A model generated the notes under the pieces. The model did not search any database. It saw only the letters and a program-made list of their open reading frames with translations, and was not told the origin of the DNA. Made by a program: the position numbers and the translations under genes. Positions 53,676 to 63,475 of a stretch of 64,000 nucleotides of DNA are shown here, in pieces. The stretch is from an uncultured bacterium (lineage in GTDB: Bacteria; Acidobacteriota; HRBIN11; JAKEFK01): the NCBI GenBank assembly GCA_963777505.1, contig CAVZQN010000007.1, forward strand, positions 128,001-192,000, in the 5' to 3' direction. The stretch's first letter is position 1; each line of letters begins with the position of its first letter.

Positions 53676-55136
53676 TCAAGGATTGAGAAACGGTTGAACG
53701 GATGAAAAGTAAAACGCTAACGCGCCATCTACGGTAGCGTTGTCTTCACCCGGCCCGCTGGAGCATGCATCGTTTGGGTTACTTCCGCATGTACCGCTGA
53801 GTTGTCCTACGATCTGCGTTGAGCTGTTGACGATCGGAGAACCGCTGCTTCCACCGTCGATGGCACCAAGCGTATCCCGGCTGTAGATTCGCTGTCCGCG
53901 GGGCCAGCCTGAACAAGTAGACGCACTGGTATCTACATCGTGTTCTGAATAAACCTGCGGACCAAAATTCGGGTTACTGACCCGAAAGAGATCGGTTCCA
54001 TTGCTGTTCGCTACCGGAGCTGTGGTCCATGCCAAAAAAACGGAACCACCAGGTGGATTAGAATTCAGATGAAGCAGCGAGAAGTCTCCTTTTTTCCCTG
54101 TCGCGGAGACAGTCGCACCCTGCGTTTGAAATGACCATCCACCATTCGTTGGACAAGTCCCTTCACAGGACGAAGTAGCGAATCGCCAGTAGAAGTTGAC
54201 GTTCCTGGCATTGTTGTTTTTGCTAACGCAATGATTCGCTGTGAGGAAAAAGTTATTCTGCGATGGATTGTTGTCACTGATAAGCCCACCTGTGCAAGTG
54301 TAGAGGAATGCGCCCTGTGGCCACTCCATTTTTGCAACTGCCAGTGACAGCGTGTCGGCGATACCGCCGTAGCAAGTCGCATCCTCAACGCAGTTTATAT
54401 TGTCACATGGCCAGTTCGCCAGGGGTGCATTCGGTACGAGTTTGAAAATCTCTTGCGATCCACCTGCGTATCTACGCGTAATCAAACCTGCTTGCCGAAC
54501 CCGAAACGAAACTTTACTCAAGTTCGACTTTGCTGCCGCAGATGAAATGTGCAGTTGCAGGATCGCTTCCGAACCGAAAATAGTGGCGGTCCAGAATTCA
54601 CCTGTACGATTGGGACCCTTTCCGGTATAAGGACCATAAGCCTGACCATCCTTACTGTACAGGTAAACTTTTGTGTCGGCAGGAAGCGACATGTTTTCCA
54701 CATGCAGTCTGATCGCACCTGCGTTATCCGCATTGAAAACTGCTGCCCATACGAGACCACCGTCACGCGTTGTTGTGCGAGCGATACTTTTACCGCGAAC
54801 TTCAATGCGTGGATTGATTGCCTTCACCATTCCAATTTTCAGTGGAACTGTCGATTTCGACTTTTCAATCGAGGCCGCTTCTTCCGCTGTAAACGGAACT
54901 CGAACAGCCATTGCATTGGAAGGCAAATCACCAAGTAGTTTGCCTGTTAACTCTGCTTGTGCTGCCTTTTGCTGCTCGACAGTCAAACCTCCCGACACAA
55001 GCCGCATCGGTGAGGAAACATGCGACGCTGAATCCGCAGAGTCGGCAGCAAGCACCGAGCCTGCACCTAAGACCAACAAGACGAAAGCCATTACCGTTAC
55101 GATCGATTCCAGAGAGAGAAATCGGTCAGTATTCAC
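53676..55136 (-). CDS. Secreted trypsin-like (S1, lysyl-endopeptidase-like) serine protease
   Basis: Signal peptide, propeptide, CTGGL, TANHC, GDFSLL, GSSGSP. Confidence 0.9.
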   Translation of the reverse strand: MNTDRFLSLESIVTVMAFVLLVLGAGSVLAADSADSASHVSSPMRLVSGGLTVEQQKAAQAELTGKLLGDLPSNAMAVRVPFTAEEAASIEKSKSTVPLKIGMVKAINPRIEVRGKSIARTTTRDGGLVWAAVFNADNAGAIRLHVENMSLPADTKVYLYSKDGQAYGPYTGKGPNRTGEFWTATIFGSEAILQLHISSAAAKSNLSKVSFRVRQAGLITRRYAGGSQEIFKLVPNAPLANWPCDNINCVEDATCYGGIADTLSLAVAKMEWPQGAFLYTCTGGLISDNNPSQNNFFLTANHCVSKNNNARNVNFYWRFATSSCEGTCPTNGGWSFQTQGATVSATGKKGDFSLLHLNSNPPGGSVFLAWTTAPVANSNGTDLFRVSNPNFGPQVYSEHDVDTSASTCSGWPRGQRIYSRDTLGAIDGGSSGSPIVNSSTQIVGQLSGTCGSNPNDACSSGPGEDNATVDGALAFYFSSVQPFLNP

Positions 55137-55154
55137 GACCCACCTCCGTTCTAT

Positions 55155-55610
55155 TTATTTAACCGCAGAAAAACATTTGGATAAAGAACATATTCCAATA
55201 TATATAAGGAAGCTTTCTGCGCCTTCCTCCCCACAAAGCCACAAAGTTATCTTTTCTCTGAGGAAGGCAGTAAAACGCGGATCCTTTCTAATGTTACGCA
55301 AAAGCGGATCTCCTTTCATTTCGGATAATCCACCATCACGTTGGACGTATGCGCGTTCCAACCATTCGAATGCTTTATCTGTCTCACCGCGGTAGGAATA
55401 TACACTAACAACTTGATACGCTGAATCACCTTGGTATTTTTGGATCAGTTCTGCTAATGCGGCATCCGATTCTTTTTCTTTCCCAAATCGTGATATGCGG
55501 ATGCGAGGCCCGTCAATCGAAAAGCCATATCTGGTTCACGCTGCATTTCATCCAATGCAGCTTGAGGTTTCGACTGCGCCAGGTACACGCAGCCAAGTAT
55601 GTAATGATCG
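55155..55610 (-). pseudogene. Relic C-terminal TPR tail of a kinase/TolB-TPR-type protein
   Basis: HYILGCVYLAQ...AYQVVSVYSYRGETDKAFEWLERAYVQRDGGL..MKGDPLL; no start, frameshift. Confidence 0.65.
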
Positions 55611-55730
55611 AAAGTATTATTTGAAATACGCGAGAAAATGTCGACGCAGATCGGCAGAAAAAATGATTATTTTTGGGGGACAAAGAAAGGTTATGAGTTA
55701 CCGATAGATATTCAACGGGGGGAGCAACTT

Positions 55731-56426
55731 TTACTTACGCGGTTTGATCATTTTCTCCATTTCAGCACTTATGTTTTCAATATCCATCGTTGCTTGAGTC
55801 ACTTGATTTTGAGTGTTAGCGGGACGCGTAGAGGTTTTACTTAATTCCAATCTATCCTTAGCCTGCTTCAGTTGGACCCCTTGCCTATTTCGCGTGAGGC
55901 TCGCGGATTCTGCATCGAGTTGATCTGCTTGTGCGCGGCTTTTATTATCATCCGGACCGCTATTCGCTCGAAGGTATTCCGCCCGCTTCTGAAAACTTGC
56001 ACGAACGATATTTAGCGCGGGCCATCCGCCTTTAGTTCTTGCATCGCTTATAGCTTTCTTCAATCCTTCCGGCTCTTCACCTGTGGCAACATAACGTTGT
56101 AGTTGCTCATTCGTAATCCCATACATCTTGAGAGCCTTCTGTAGAGCAGCGCCGTCGGATTTTGGTGTTTGATTCGTAGCACGAGTTGTCCCTGTAGAAA
56201 TCTTTTTGTTTGTCTGGTTGAGCAATTGCGATTGAAGTTGATTCGCCGTTATTCCTGCTTCAGCTTTACGTAAATTGGCGGCTTCAGGTTGAAGCTTTGG
56301 CGACGCGGCTTCCTGCTGAGAATTACCTACAGGATTTTTTTGGATCTTGTCTTCTGCTGATTGCGTATCGGATCCAGCCGAATCCGGAATCCGTACTAAA
56401 CCGCGAATTGATAGATCATTGCTCAT
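55731..56426 (-). CDS. Hypothetical putative secreted substrate
   Basis: GGAGG RBS; MSNDLSIRG; KAEAGITANQLQSQL motif. Confidence 0.7.
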   Translation of the reverse strand: MSNDLSIRGLVRIPDSAGSDTQSAEDKIQKNPVGNSQQEAASPKLQPEAANLRKAEAGITANQLQSQLLNQTNKKISTGTTRATNQTPKSDGAALQKALKMYGITNEQLQRYVATGEEPEGLKKAISDARTKGGWPALNIVRASFQKRAEYLRANSGPDDNKSRAQADQLDAESASLTRNRQGVQLKQAKDRLELSKTSTRPANTQNQVTQATMDIENISAEMEKMIKPRK

Positions 56427-56516
56427 GAGCGACCTCCACAATGAACTTCCCTTGTTAACAAAGACGTGCGGCGTAGCTAGTGGACGAAGACGGCTTTTTT
56501 AAAATCATTTACTTCG
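56403..56516. repeat. 114-bp direct repeat, copy 1 (promoter motif, RBS and first 8 codons)
   Basis: 6 mismatches vs 57347..57460; contains CGTCCACT-N12-CGTCTT at 56461..56486. Confidence 0.9.
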
Positions 56517-56639
56517 GGGACGCGACCGAAATGCGAAACCATTAATCGAATTTCATCCCCGATGGCAAAATCCGACACACATCCTATACAGCCTGACTTA
56601 TAGCCGGATTAGGAATCAACTTTCTCTGAATGGTAGTAT

Positions 56640-56939
56640 TTATCTGCTCCCCAAACGCTCCTTCTTTTTCCTAACTGGCACCAAGGAAAGTTTTTTTAGA
56701 TCGACACGCGAAAATGTATTCTTTTCAAGCAAATTGGAATCAACCTTTAAAACTTTCATTTCCCCTTTCGACGCAGTTGAGAACGATCGGGCGTGATTTC
56801 GCGCCTCCTGTTCGATCTCTGATTCTTGAAATATTGGTGCACCAGGCATTGAAATCACATGATGGATATGAAGAATTTTTCCCGTCTTTTTTTCATAAAC
56901 GATAAAGGACTTATCCGTTTTTAGGATTTGTGGTGTCAT
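56640..56939 (-). CDS. Small basic hypothetical protein
   Basis: Starts 2 nt after the upstream stop; TGKILHIHHV. Confidence 0.6.
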   Translation of the reverse strand: MTPQILKTDKSFIVYEKKTGKILHIHHVISMPGAPIFQESEIEQEARNHARSFSTASKGEMKVLKVDSNLLEKNTFSRVDLKKLSLVPVRKKKERLGSR

Positions 56940-56941
56940 AT

Positions 56942-57259
56942 TTACTCCCACCAAAACATATTCGCAAATCCTTCGAGTGATTGACTGCCTCCAGTTGCTA
57001 CACCAAAGGTCACGCTTAACATGGTTTCAGAAAATACGGTATTGGGCCAATTTGTCCATCCACCAAAATCTTTTGTTATTGTTTGTCCGTCTTTCTTGAA
57101 TTTGAACGAAACAATTCCAACTTTGTGAGTACCACCTCCGCGGACATAATTTAGACCTGTTTGAGCCATGACATTTGCCGGAGGAAAATTCACTGTAAGT
57201 GAACTGATGTTCGAACCTTCAGACCAAAGAATTTTCGTTGCAGCACCAATGAGGGCCAT
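56942..57259 (-). CDS. Small beta-rich hypothetical protein
   Basis: AGGAGGT RBS, 105 aa. Confidence 0.65.
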   Translation of the reverse strand: MALIGAATKILWSEGSNISSLTVNFPPANVMAQTGLNYVRGGGTHKVGIVSFKFKKDGQTITKDFGGWTNWPNTVFSETMLSVTFGVATGGSQSLEGFANMFWWE

Positions 57260-57346
57260 AAATACACCTCCTGATTCTTGCTTCTACAGGTATCTTACTC
57301 CACTGTCATTCTGCGTTGCACCACGTGACCAGGTAGTTATCGATTA

Positions 57347-57460
57347 GCGAATTGATAGATCATTGCTCATGAGCGACCTCCACAATGAACTTCCCTTGTT
57401 AACAAAGACGTGCGACGTAACTAGTGGACGATGACGACTTTTTTAGAATAATTTACTTCG
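57347..57460. repeat. 114-bp direct repeat, copy 2
   Basis: Encodes MSNDLSIR followed by TAA (57370..57344, minus strand). Confidence 0.9.
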
Positions 57461-57595
57461 CGGCCGCGTGAGTTGCGAGAGGATCCGAATCCTTGTGAGT
57501 TGGCGGGATAAGGCAAACAAGATTTGTGGCGGGTGCGTTCTTCTGTAACGAGGATGCCTCCATCCGCATTTGAGCCAAACAAATTCGCATTAACA

Positions 57596-59674
57596 CTACG
57601 GCGTGATCTTAATTACATATCCGTCGGTAGTTCCGGTAACTCTGCGTTTCGGAGCACCAGGTGTCGTTGGGAAATTTTTCGTTAACGTACTTCCCACTAC
57701 GAAAATATTTCCAGCATTATCAACAGCAACACCTGAAGCAAGGTCTGTTAACGGCCCTCCTAAATACGAATAAAACGTCGGTTGAAAAGTGCCGGGGGCA
57801 AGTGAAAATACAAAAACTTCCCATCCGCCTTTATGCTGGGTTTGTATTGGATTCACCAGCGGCAAATTTTTAATTAGAGTATCCCCCGTCATGTACAGTG
57901 TTCCATTCGGACTTGTCACAACATCAGTGATAATAAACGCACCCGGCCCCGTCCCACCGAAAGTCGTGGTACTTTGCCGGTTTAGATCTTGGTCAAAGAG
58001 TGTGAGGGATGCGTTTTCAAAACATGGTGTATTCGGCGCCGGCCGCGGACAAATTGTAATTAAACCAACGGACGGTGCCGCATTGATGACATTTGAATTT
58101 TCAGGTATTAACGCAGCAGTGTTAGCTAACCACATAGCGAATCCAAATTTAAAAACTTGCGGATCCTGGGTGAAAATCGCGTGCCCGAATATAATTTTGA
58201 ACGGGTTAAAATCATCCTCCAAAATACCCGGTTGACTGACAATGGCTGGTGCACTCTTTGGTTTCAGCTGAAGAATATACGGCCCTTCGTTATTATCCGG
58301 ACTGAGAGCCATCACATATAGATCGCCACGTTGAGTGTTTAAAGCGACAGATGTAATTTGATCGTTTCCATTCCGGCCCACGTATGAAGAGAACACCGTT
58401 TGAAACTGAATGGAATGAACGATTGTTAGAAAACCATCCTGAAATCCTCCGCCAAATTGGTTTTGCGTAGCTTTTTTGCGCGGAAAATTCCGGGAATCTG
58501 TGTTACCGAAAAGATAAAGTCCATTTGTCATCTTGGAACCTTTACCCAATTGGACTCCGGTTACAGCATCTCTGCCGCTTCCGCCAATAAAACTCGATCG
58601 CATGATCGTGCCATTTGCCGCGAGCTTTACAATAAAACCATCGGCACTTCCTCCGTAGTTTGGCTGAAATGCTCCTGCGATTGGAAAATCACGTGATGAT
58701 GTGCTTCCACCAACAAAACAAATTCCTGCAGGATTGACCGCAATCGAGGCTGCACTTTCACCAGAATTGCCAACTAAAAATGTTGTCCAGAGTAATGCAC
58801 CTGCCGGACTGAACTTGTGTACGAATCCATCGCCGTTTCCAGGAATCCGCGTATTCGCTTCCGTGTATCCAACGACATAAAAATTGCCTTTCGTATCCAC
58901 CGCAACATCGATTGCAATATCAAATGTGTTGCCACCCAACAACGTTCCAAATCCAATTTTAGGATCGATGATCAGCGTCTTGTTGCGATCATAGGAACCG
59001 AGTTCAAATTCTATTTTGTGGTCCGCTGCAATTTTATATTGCGATGCTATCTCTGATCGGCCTTTGCATTCCTGCCATTCATAAGAATCACATTGATACG
59101 CGACAGCCGCCATCATCGTAAATTGATTCGTCCCAATGGAAATCTTTAAATCACCTGAATCATCAATTGAAATTTGATCGGCACCTTTCAGGTTCAGAAG
59201 AATCTGTGATGGATCTGATCCAGGAGCAACTACAAAATCAAATTCTATGAGCCCCTCATTTTCGTAAAATAACCAATCAATGCCAGCATAAATACTTTTA
59301 TAGATTGAGGATTCAAATGCAGGTACATCCGTCATCCAGTTCGATGGATCGTTCCCGCTGTAATAGTTGATCCTTGATTTTGTAGATCCAACGTGTTTCA
59401 CGATGGGATTGGATTGAGAACCCTCAAGTGAGATTCCAAGTTCTGATTGGCTTCCATCTTCATTGCGAAAGATGAACTGCGCCTGATGCGCAGATAACAA
59501 AGTTTTATAGGCAGATCCGCGAGCAAAGTACTTTACAGACGGAGGCTCCTGTCCAATGTTTTTTTCAAACAGGATCGGTGTACGCATCTGCTGGATTTGC
59601 GATGCAAAAACGAAATTTGTAAGACATACAAACACAAATAGACACAACACGAACGCTGGTTTCTTGTGGTACAT
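57596..59674 (-). CDS. Secreted SBBP beta-propeller repeat protein
   Basis: Signal peptide; FEKNIGQ; IYAGIDW..Y, EFDFVVAPGSDP; repeats of AVD..GN.YVVG.T.S.NFP. Confidence 0.85.
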   Translation of the reverse strand: MYHKKPAFVLCLFVFVCLTNFVFASQIQQMRTPILFEKNIGQEPPSVKYFARGSAYKTLLSAHQAQFIFRNEDGSQSELGISLEGSQSNPIVKHVGSTKSRINYYSGNDPSNWMTDVPAFESSIYKSIYAGIDWLFYENEGLIEFDFVVAPGSDPSQILLNLKGADQISIDDSGDLKISIGTNQFTMMAAVAYQCDSYEWQECKGRSEIASQYKIAADHKIEFELGSYDRNKTLIIDPKIGFGTLLGGNTFDIAIDVAVDTKGNFYVVGYTEANTRIPGNGDGFVHKFSPAGALLWTTFLVGNSGESAASIAVNPAGICFVGGSTSSRDFPIAGAFQPNYGGSADGFIVKLAANGTIMRSSFIGGSGRDAVTGVQLGKGSKMTNGLYLFGNTDSRNFPRKKATQNQFGGGFQDGFLTIVHSIQFQTVFSSYVGRNGNDQITSVALNTQRGDLYVMALSPDNNEGPYILQLKPKSAPAIVSQPGILEDDFNPFKIIFGHAIFTQDPQVFKFGFAMWLANTAALIPENSNVINAAPSVGLITICPRPAPNTPCFENASLTLFDQDLNRQSTTTFGGTGPGAFIITDVVTSPNGTLYMTGDTLIKNLPLVNPIQTQHKGGWEVFVFSLAPGTFQPTFYSYLGGPLTDLASGVAVDNAGNIFVVGSTLTKNFPTTPGAPKRRVTGTTDGYVIKITP

Positions 59675-59830
59675 GGACTACACTCCCTCACTCTCTTTGG
59701 TAACTAGATTATCATACTCTCAGCTTCTTCCCACGATGTATCATTTAAAATAGGGATTGAAAACTCTTCGTTAGATGTCTGATTAAGAGTTTCATTGCCT
59801 GCTACGACTCACAGGGTACATAATAACTTC

Positions 59831-62800
59831 ATGGAACGCAGCAAATCGGGTGATCACCCTTCAGAACCTGCTGAATCCAACAGCAATTTAGATGACGGTG
59901 AATCCTTTCAAGTTGAAGACTTGCCGACGCAAAGTGGAAGGATCGATACCTTCCAGCCTCATCAGGATGCAACAAAACCGTCACACTTCGGCCGATATGA
60001 AATAAAGAAAAGAATTGGAGCCGGAGGAATGGGTGAGGTTTATCTTGCATACGACACCGTATTGAAAAGATTGGTAGCACTAAAACTCCTTTACGGAAAC
60101 AATCCCGTCTTAGTCCGAAGATTCCTTCAAGAAGCGAGAACACAAGCGAAAGTAGAACATGAATCCATTTGCAGGGTCTATGAAGCCAGTGAAGAAAATG
60201 GTCGGAATTTCATTGCTATGCAATTCATCAACGGAAGGACTTTCACGAATGTTCTGGCGGAGATGAACTTGGATCAAAAGTTACTCGTAATCAGACAGGT
60301 GGCTGATGCGCTTCATGCCGCTCACGTAATCGGATTAGTTCACCGGGATGTAAAACCCGCCAACATCATGGTGGAGAAAAAAGAAGAAGAGGTTTGGAAG
60401 CCATATGTACTTGATTTCGGTCTGGCCCGCGAAAATGACGAACCTAGAATGACTTTGAGCGGTGTCGTAATGGGTACTCCATATTATATGGCTCCCGAGC
60501 AAGCTACCGAAGGTACCCCTCAGCTGGATGGCCGCACCGATGTTTACTCCTTAGGTGCAACTCTATATGAGGCTCTCAGTGGGAAAACTGTTTTTGAGGG
60601 CAGCACTGCAATAGAAATTTTGAAGAAGGTAGCAAACGATAATCCCGTTCCTTTGCATGTCCTTAATCCTAGTATTCCGTTCGAAGTAGAAACCATTGTA
60701 ATGAAATGTTTGGAGAAAGAGCCGGACAGACGATATCAAACTGCTGAAGCACTTTCCGAAGATTTGCGACGTTATATGAATCACGAGCCTATTCATGCGC
60801 GACCTTCGACATGGTCGTACCGTTTGAGCAAGAAAGCCAAAAAACACAAATCGATTGTTGCGATTGTTAGTATCGCGGTACTGGTAACGGTGGCATTATC
60901 AGGTTTACTATTTTGGACGCAATGGAAAGCTCGGCGTCAAGCGCATTATGCAGCAAAGTTCGGCAATGAGGCACGGTTCATTGAAACAACCGTTCACAGT
61001 ATCTTCAGTGCCCCGTTGCATAATGTTCGGCCCCCGCTAGAACAACTTCGGGCGCGCATCGTTCGTATGGAGAAAGAAATACAAAATGAAGGAGCGTTGG
61101 CGCACGGACCGGGATACGACGCACTGGGAATTGGTTATCTTGCGCTGAGAGATTATGGAAAAGCGAAAGAATGTTTGGACAAGGCTTGGAAGTCAGGATA
61201 CCGTGAGCCTTCTACTGCATTTGCTTTGGGAAAGGTATATGGATTCCATTATCAGAAAGCTTTAATTCAAGCATCGCGCCTTCCGGGAAAAACGCTACAG
61301 GATCGAGCTAAGAAAGAAGCTGAAACACTATACGCAAAAACGGCCACCACGTATTTGAATCTAGCCCAAGGGCATGTTGAATCTCCTAATTATGTAGAAG
61401 GACTGATTGCACTCTATAACAAACGTTATTCTGAAGCGTTAGAGAAGGCTGCCCTTGCTTCTGTACAAGTCAGCTGGCCTTATGAGGCAAAAAAACTTCA
61501 AGGGGATGTTCAGATGGCTCTCGCAGCGGAACAAGTCCAGCAAGAAAATTTTGGCGGAGCCGTTCACAGCATCCGTCAAGCTGGAAAGTCCTATGCTGAG
61601 GCAATAGAGTTTGCACGAAGTTCAGAGGAAGCCTACCTGGCTTATGCCGACCATTGGCTTGCCTTACTAAAAATTCAAACACACGCTGGTGGATCCGTTG
61701 ATACGTATTTCAAGGACGCCCTCCAAAGTTGTGAGCGCGCACTTATAACAGATCCCGATGGCGGTGGCGGATATCTTTGCAAATCCAATGCTTATTTTGA
61801 ATACGGCCGTTATCAACAGGACAGGGCTTCATCATCAGCAAGCGAGACTTTGCTGAATTCCGCACGGATGGCAGAGATAGCAGCTTCAAAGCGGCCTAAT
61901 GTAGAAGCAATTTCGAAAGCCGGAACTGCTTATTTCCGAATCGCAGAGCATCAACTTGCAACCGGTATCGATCCGCAGCCAGCTTTGAAAAATTCAATCA
62001 CCAGTTCGGAACGCGCATTACAATTGGATCCTCAATATAACGAAGCATATTACAATCTCGCGGCTGCATACTTCTTTCAAGGCGATTACGAATTGAATCA
62101 TGGACAGAATCCGATGGCTTCTCTGCAAAAAGTGATCGAAATTTTTAACTCGAAACTGGAAGGAGGAGCCCCAACTGAATATGACCGGAATAATATTGGG
62201 CTCGCTCATCTTGATATCGGTATCTACCACCTTTGGCGTGGTGAAGATCCACGTCCACATCTTCAGAAAGCGATTGAACAGTATCGTAAAGCGCTGGAGG
62301 TTAATCCCAAAGCTGTTGCTGTCAGTATGAATCTAGGCCTTGCCTATTTTTTCTTAGCGGCATATGAAATCGAACATGGTTTGGACCCTACTCCGAATTT
62401 AAAGGAAGCCTATCGTGCTTACGACCTACCCACCGCGAACCAGGACAGTCCTCACGCTCACACCAACAAGGCATCCGTTTTACTGCTAGAAGCCGAATAT
62501 AAAATCCTTTTGAAACAAAATCCGGACATCAACCTAAAGAATGCATGGGAACAAACAGAGCTGGCTCTCAAAAATAATCCACAGCTGCCTTATGCTTTAG
62601 TTAATTCCGGCTATGCGTATGTTCTTCGTGGCCAATATGAACTGATGATGAAAAAGGATGCCATGTCTTCTATACAGGAAGCGCGCAAGATTCTTAAGCA
62701 AGCAATCGGGCTGGATCCTACATTTTCTGAGAGTCATAGTCTTTTAGCTGAGACAGAGCTGTTACAAGTCAGACAATTCATTTTACAGAACAAATCACCA

Positions 62801-63205
62801 GCTACTTATCTTGTTGCAGCGAAAGAATCAGCCGGAAAAGCGATTGAGCTCAACCCATTGCAAAGCGTTGGTTTTCGGATTCGCGCAGAGGTGGATTGTT
62901 GGGAAAGTGACTGGTTGATCCGGAACAACAAACCGGCCGCAAATACAATCGCCTCAGGATTGCAATGGATCGAAAAAGGCAAAAAGCAAAACCCTAAAGA
63001 TGCAGAAATGATTGCACTGGAAGGTGTCTTTCACCTACTTACCTCAAAGCAGGCGATAAACAATGAGAAGGCACAAGAAGATGTTGAGAAAGCACTGAAT
63101 TGCTTTCAGCGTGCTTTTCAGTTGAACCCTCTCATTCAGCAACATTACGAGCCTCAATACCTCGAAGCGTTAAACTCAAAGGCTACCAACCCAATCGAAT
63201 CCTAG
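59831..63205 (+). CDS. Membrane Ser/Thr protein kinase with C-terminal TPRs
   Basis: GAGGMGEVY, VALK, HRDVKPAN, DFGLAR, GTPYYMAPEQ; TM segment; TPRs; paralogue of 11125..14527. Confidence 0.93.
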   Translation: MERSKSGDHPSEPAESNSNLDDGESFQVEDLPTQSGRIDTFQPHQDATKPSHFGRYEIKKRIGAGGMGEVYLAYDTVLKRLVALKLLYGNNPVLVRRFLQEARTQAKVEHESICRVYEASEENGRNFIAMQFINGRTFTNVLAEMNLDQKLLVIRQVADALHAAHVIGLVHRDVKPANIMVEKKEEEVWKPYVLDFGLARENDEPRMTLSGVVMGTPYYMAPEQATEGTPQLDGRTDVYSLGATLYEALSGKTVFEGSTAIEILKKVANDNPVPLHVLNPSIPFEVETIVMKCLEKEPDRRYQTAEALSEDLRRYMNHEPIHARPSTWSYRLSKKAKKHKSIVAIVSIAVLVTVALSGLLFWTQWKARRQAHYAAKFGNEARFIETTVHSIFSAPLHNVRPPLEQLRARIVRMEKEIQNEGALAHGPGYDALGIGYLALRDYGKAKECLDKAWKSGYREPSTAFALGKVYGFHYQKALIQASRLPGKTLQDRAKKEAETLYAKTATTYLNLAQGHVESPNYVEGLIALYNKRYSEALEKAALASVQVSWPYEAKKLQGDVQMALAAEQVQQENFGGAVHSIRQAGKSYAEAIEFARSSEEAYLAYADHWLALLKIQTHAGGSVDTYFKDALQSCERALITDPDGGGGYLCKSNAYFEYGRYQQDRASSSASETLLNSARMAEIAASKRPNVEAISKAGTAYFRIAEHQLATGIDPQPALKNSITSSERALQLDPQYNEAYYNLAAAYFFQGDYELNHGQNPMASLQKVIEIFNSKLEGGAPTEYDRNNIGLAHLDIGIYHLWRGEDPRPHLQKAIEQYRKALEVNPKAVAVSMNLGLAYFFLAAYEIEHGLDPTPNLKEAYRAYDLPTANQDSPHAHTNKASVLLLEAEYKILLKQNPDINLKNAWEQTELALKNNPQLPYALVNSGYAYVLRGQYELMMKKDAMSSIQEARKILKQAIGLDPTFSESHSLLAETELLQVRQFILQNKSPATYLVAAKESAGKAIELNPLQSVGFRIRAEVDCWESDWLIRNNKPAANTIASGLQWIEKGKKQNPKDAEMIALEGVFHLLTSKQAINNEKAQEDVEKALNCFQRAFQLNPLIQQHYEPQYLEALNSKATNPIES

Positions 63206-63373
63206 AGCAGCTATTTTTTTGTAGCATTTTTGTTCAAACGCGGCTTATTCTTCCCCTTCTCGAGAATAAAAAATCTTACAAAATCCGCTTTTTTAATACT
63301 TAGTCAGTCGTTCCGCATTTTTGCTAAAGACGTGATCGCCGTTTTGCGACCCTCCATTGAACATTTATGCTCG

Positions 63374-63401
63374 GAAACTTCAACAGAATTAGTTCCGATA
63401 A
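63374..63401 (+). promoter_or_regulatory. Possible sigma28-like promoter (TCCGATAA -10 box)
   Basis: AAACTT...TCCGATAA resembles the element upstream of 17072; spacing differs by 1 nt. Confidence 0.3.
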
Positions 63402-63475
63402 CTATCGCGATGAATGAAACGGTTCCGGTGCAAAGCAGCGGAACGAAACTTAAACAACCAATGGAGGATGTCAAA

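Noticed and set aside
54673-55395. 240-aa + strand ORF
   Set aside because: Antisense to the S1 protease and the TPR relic; no domain features
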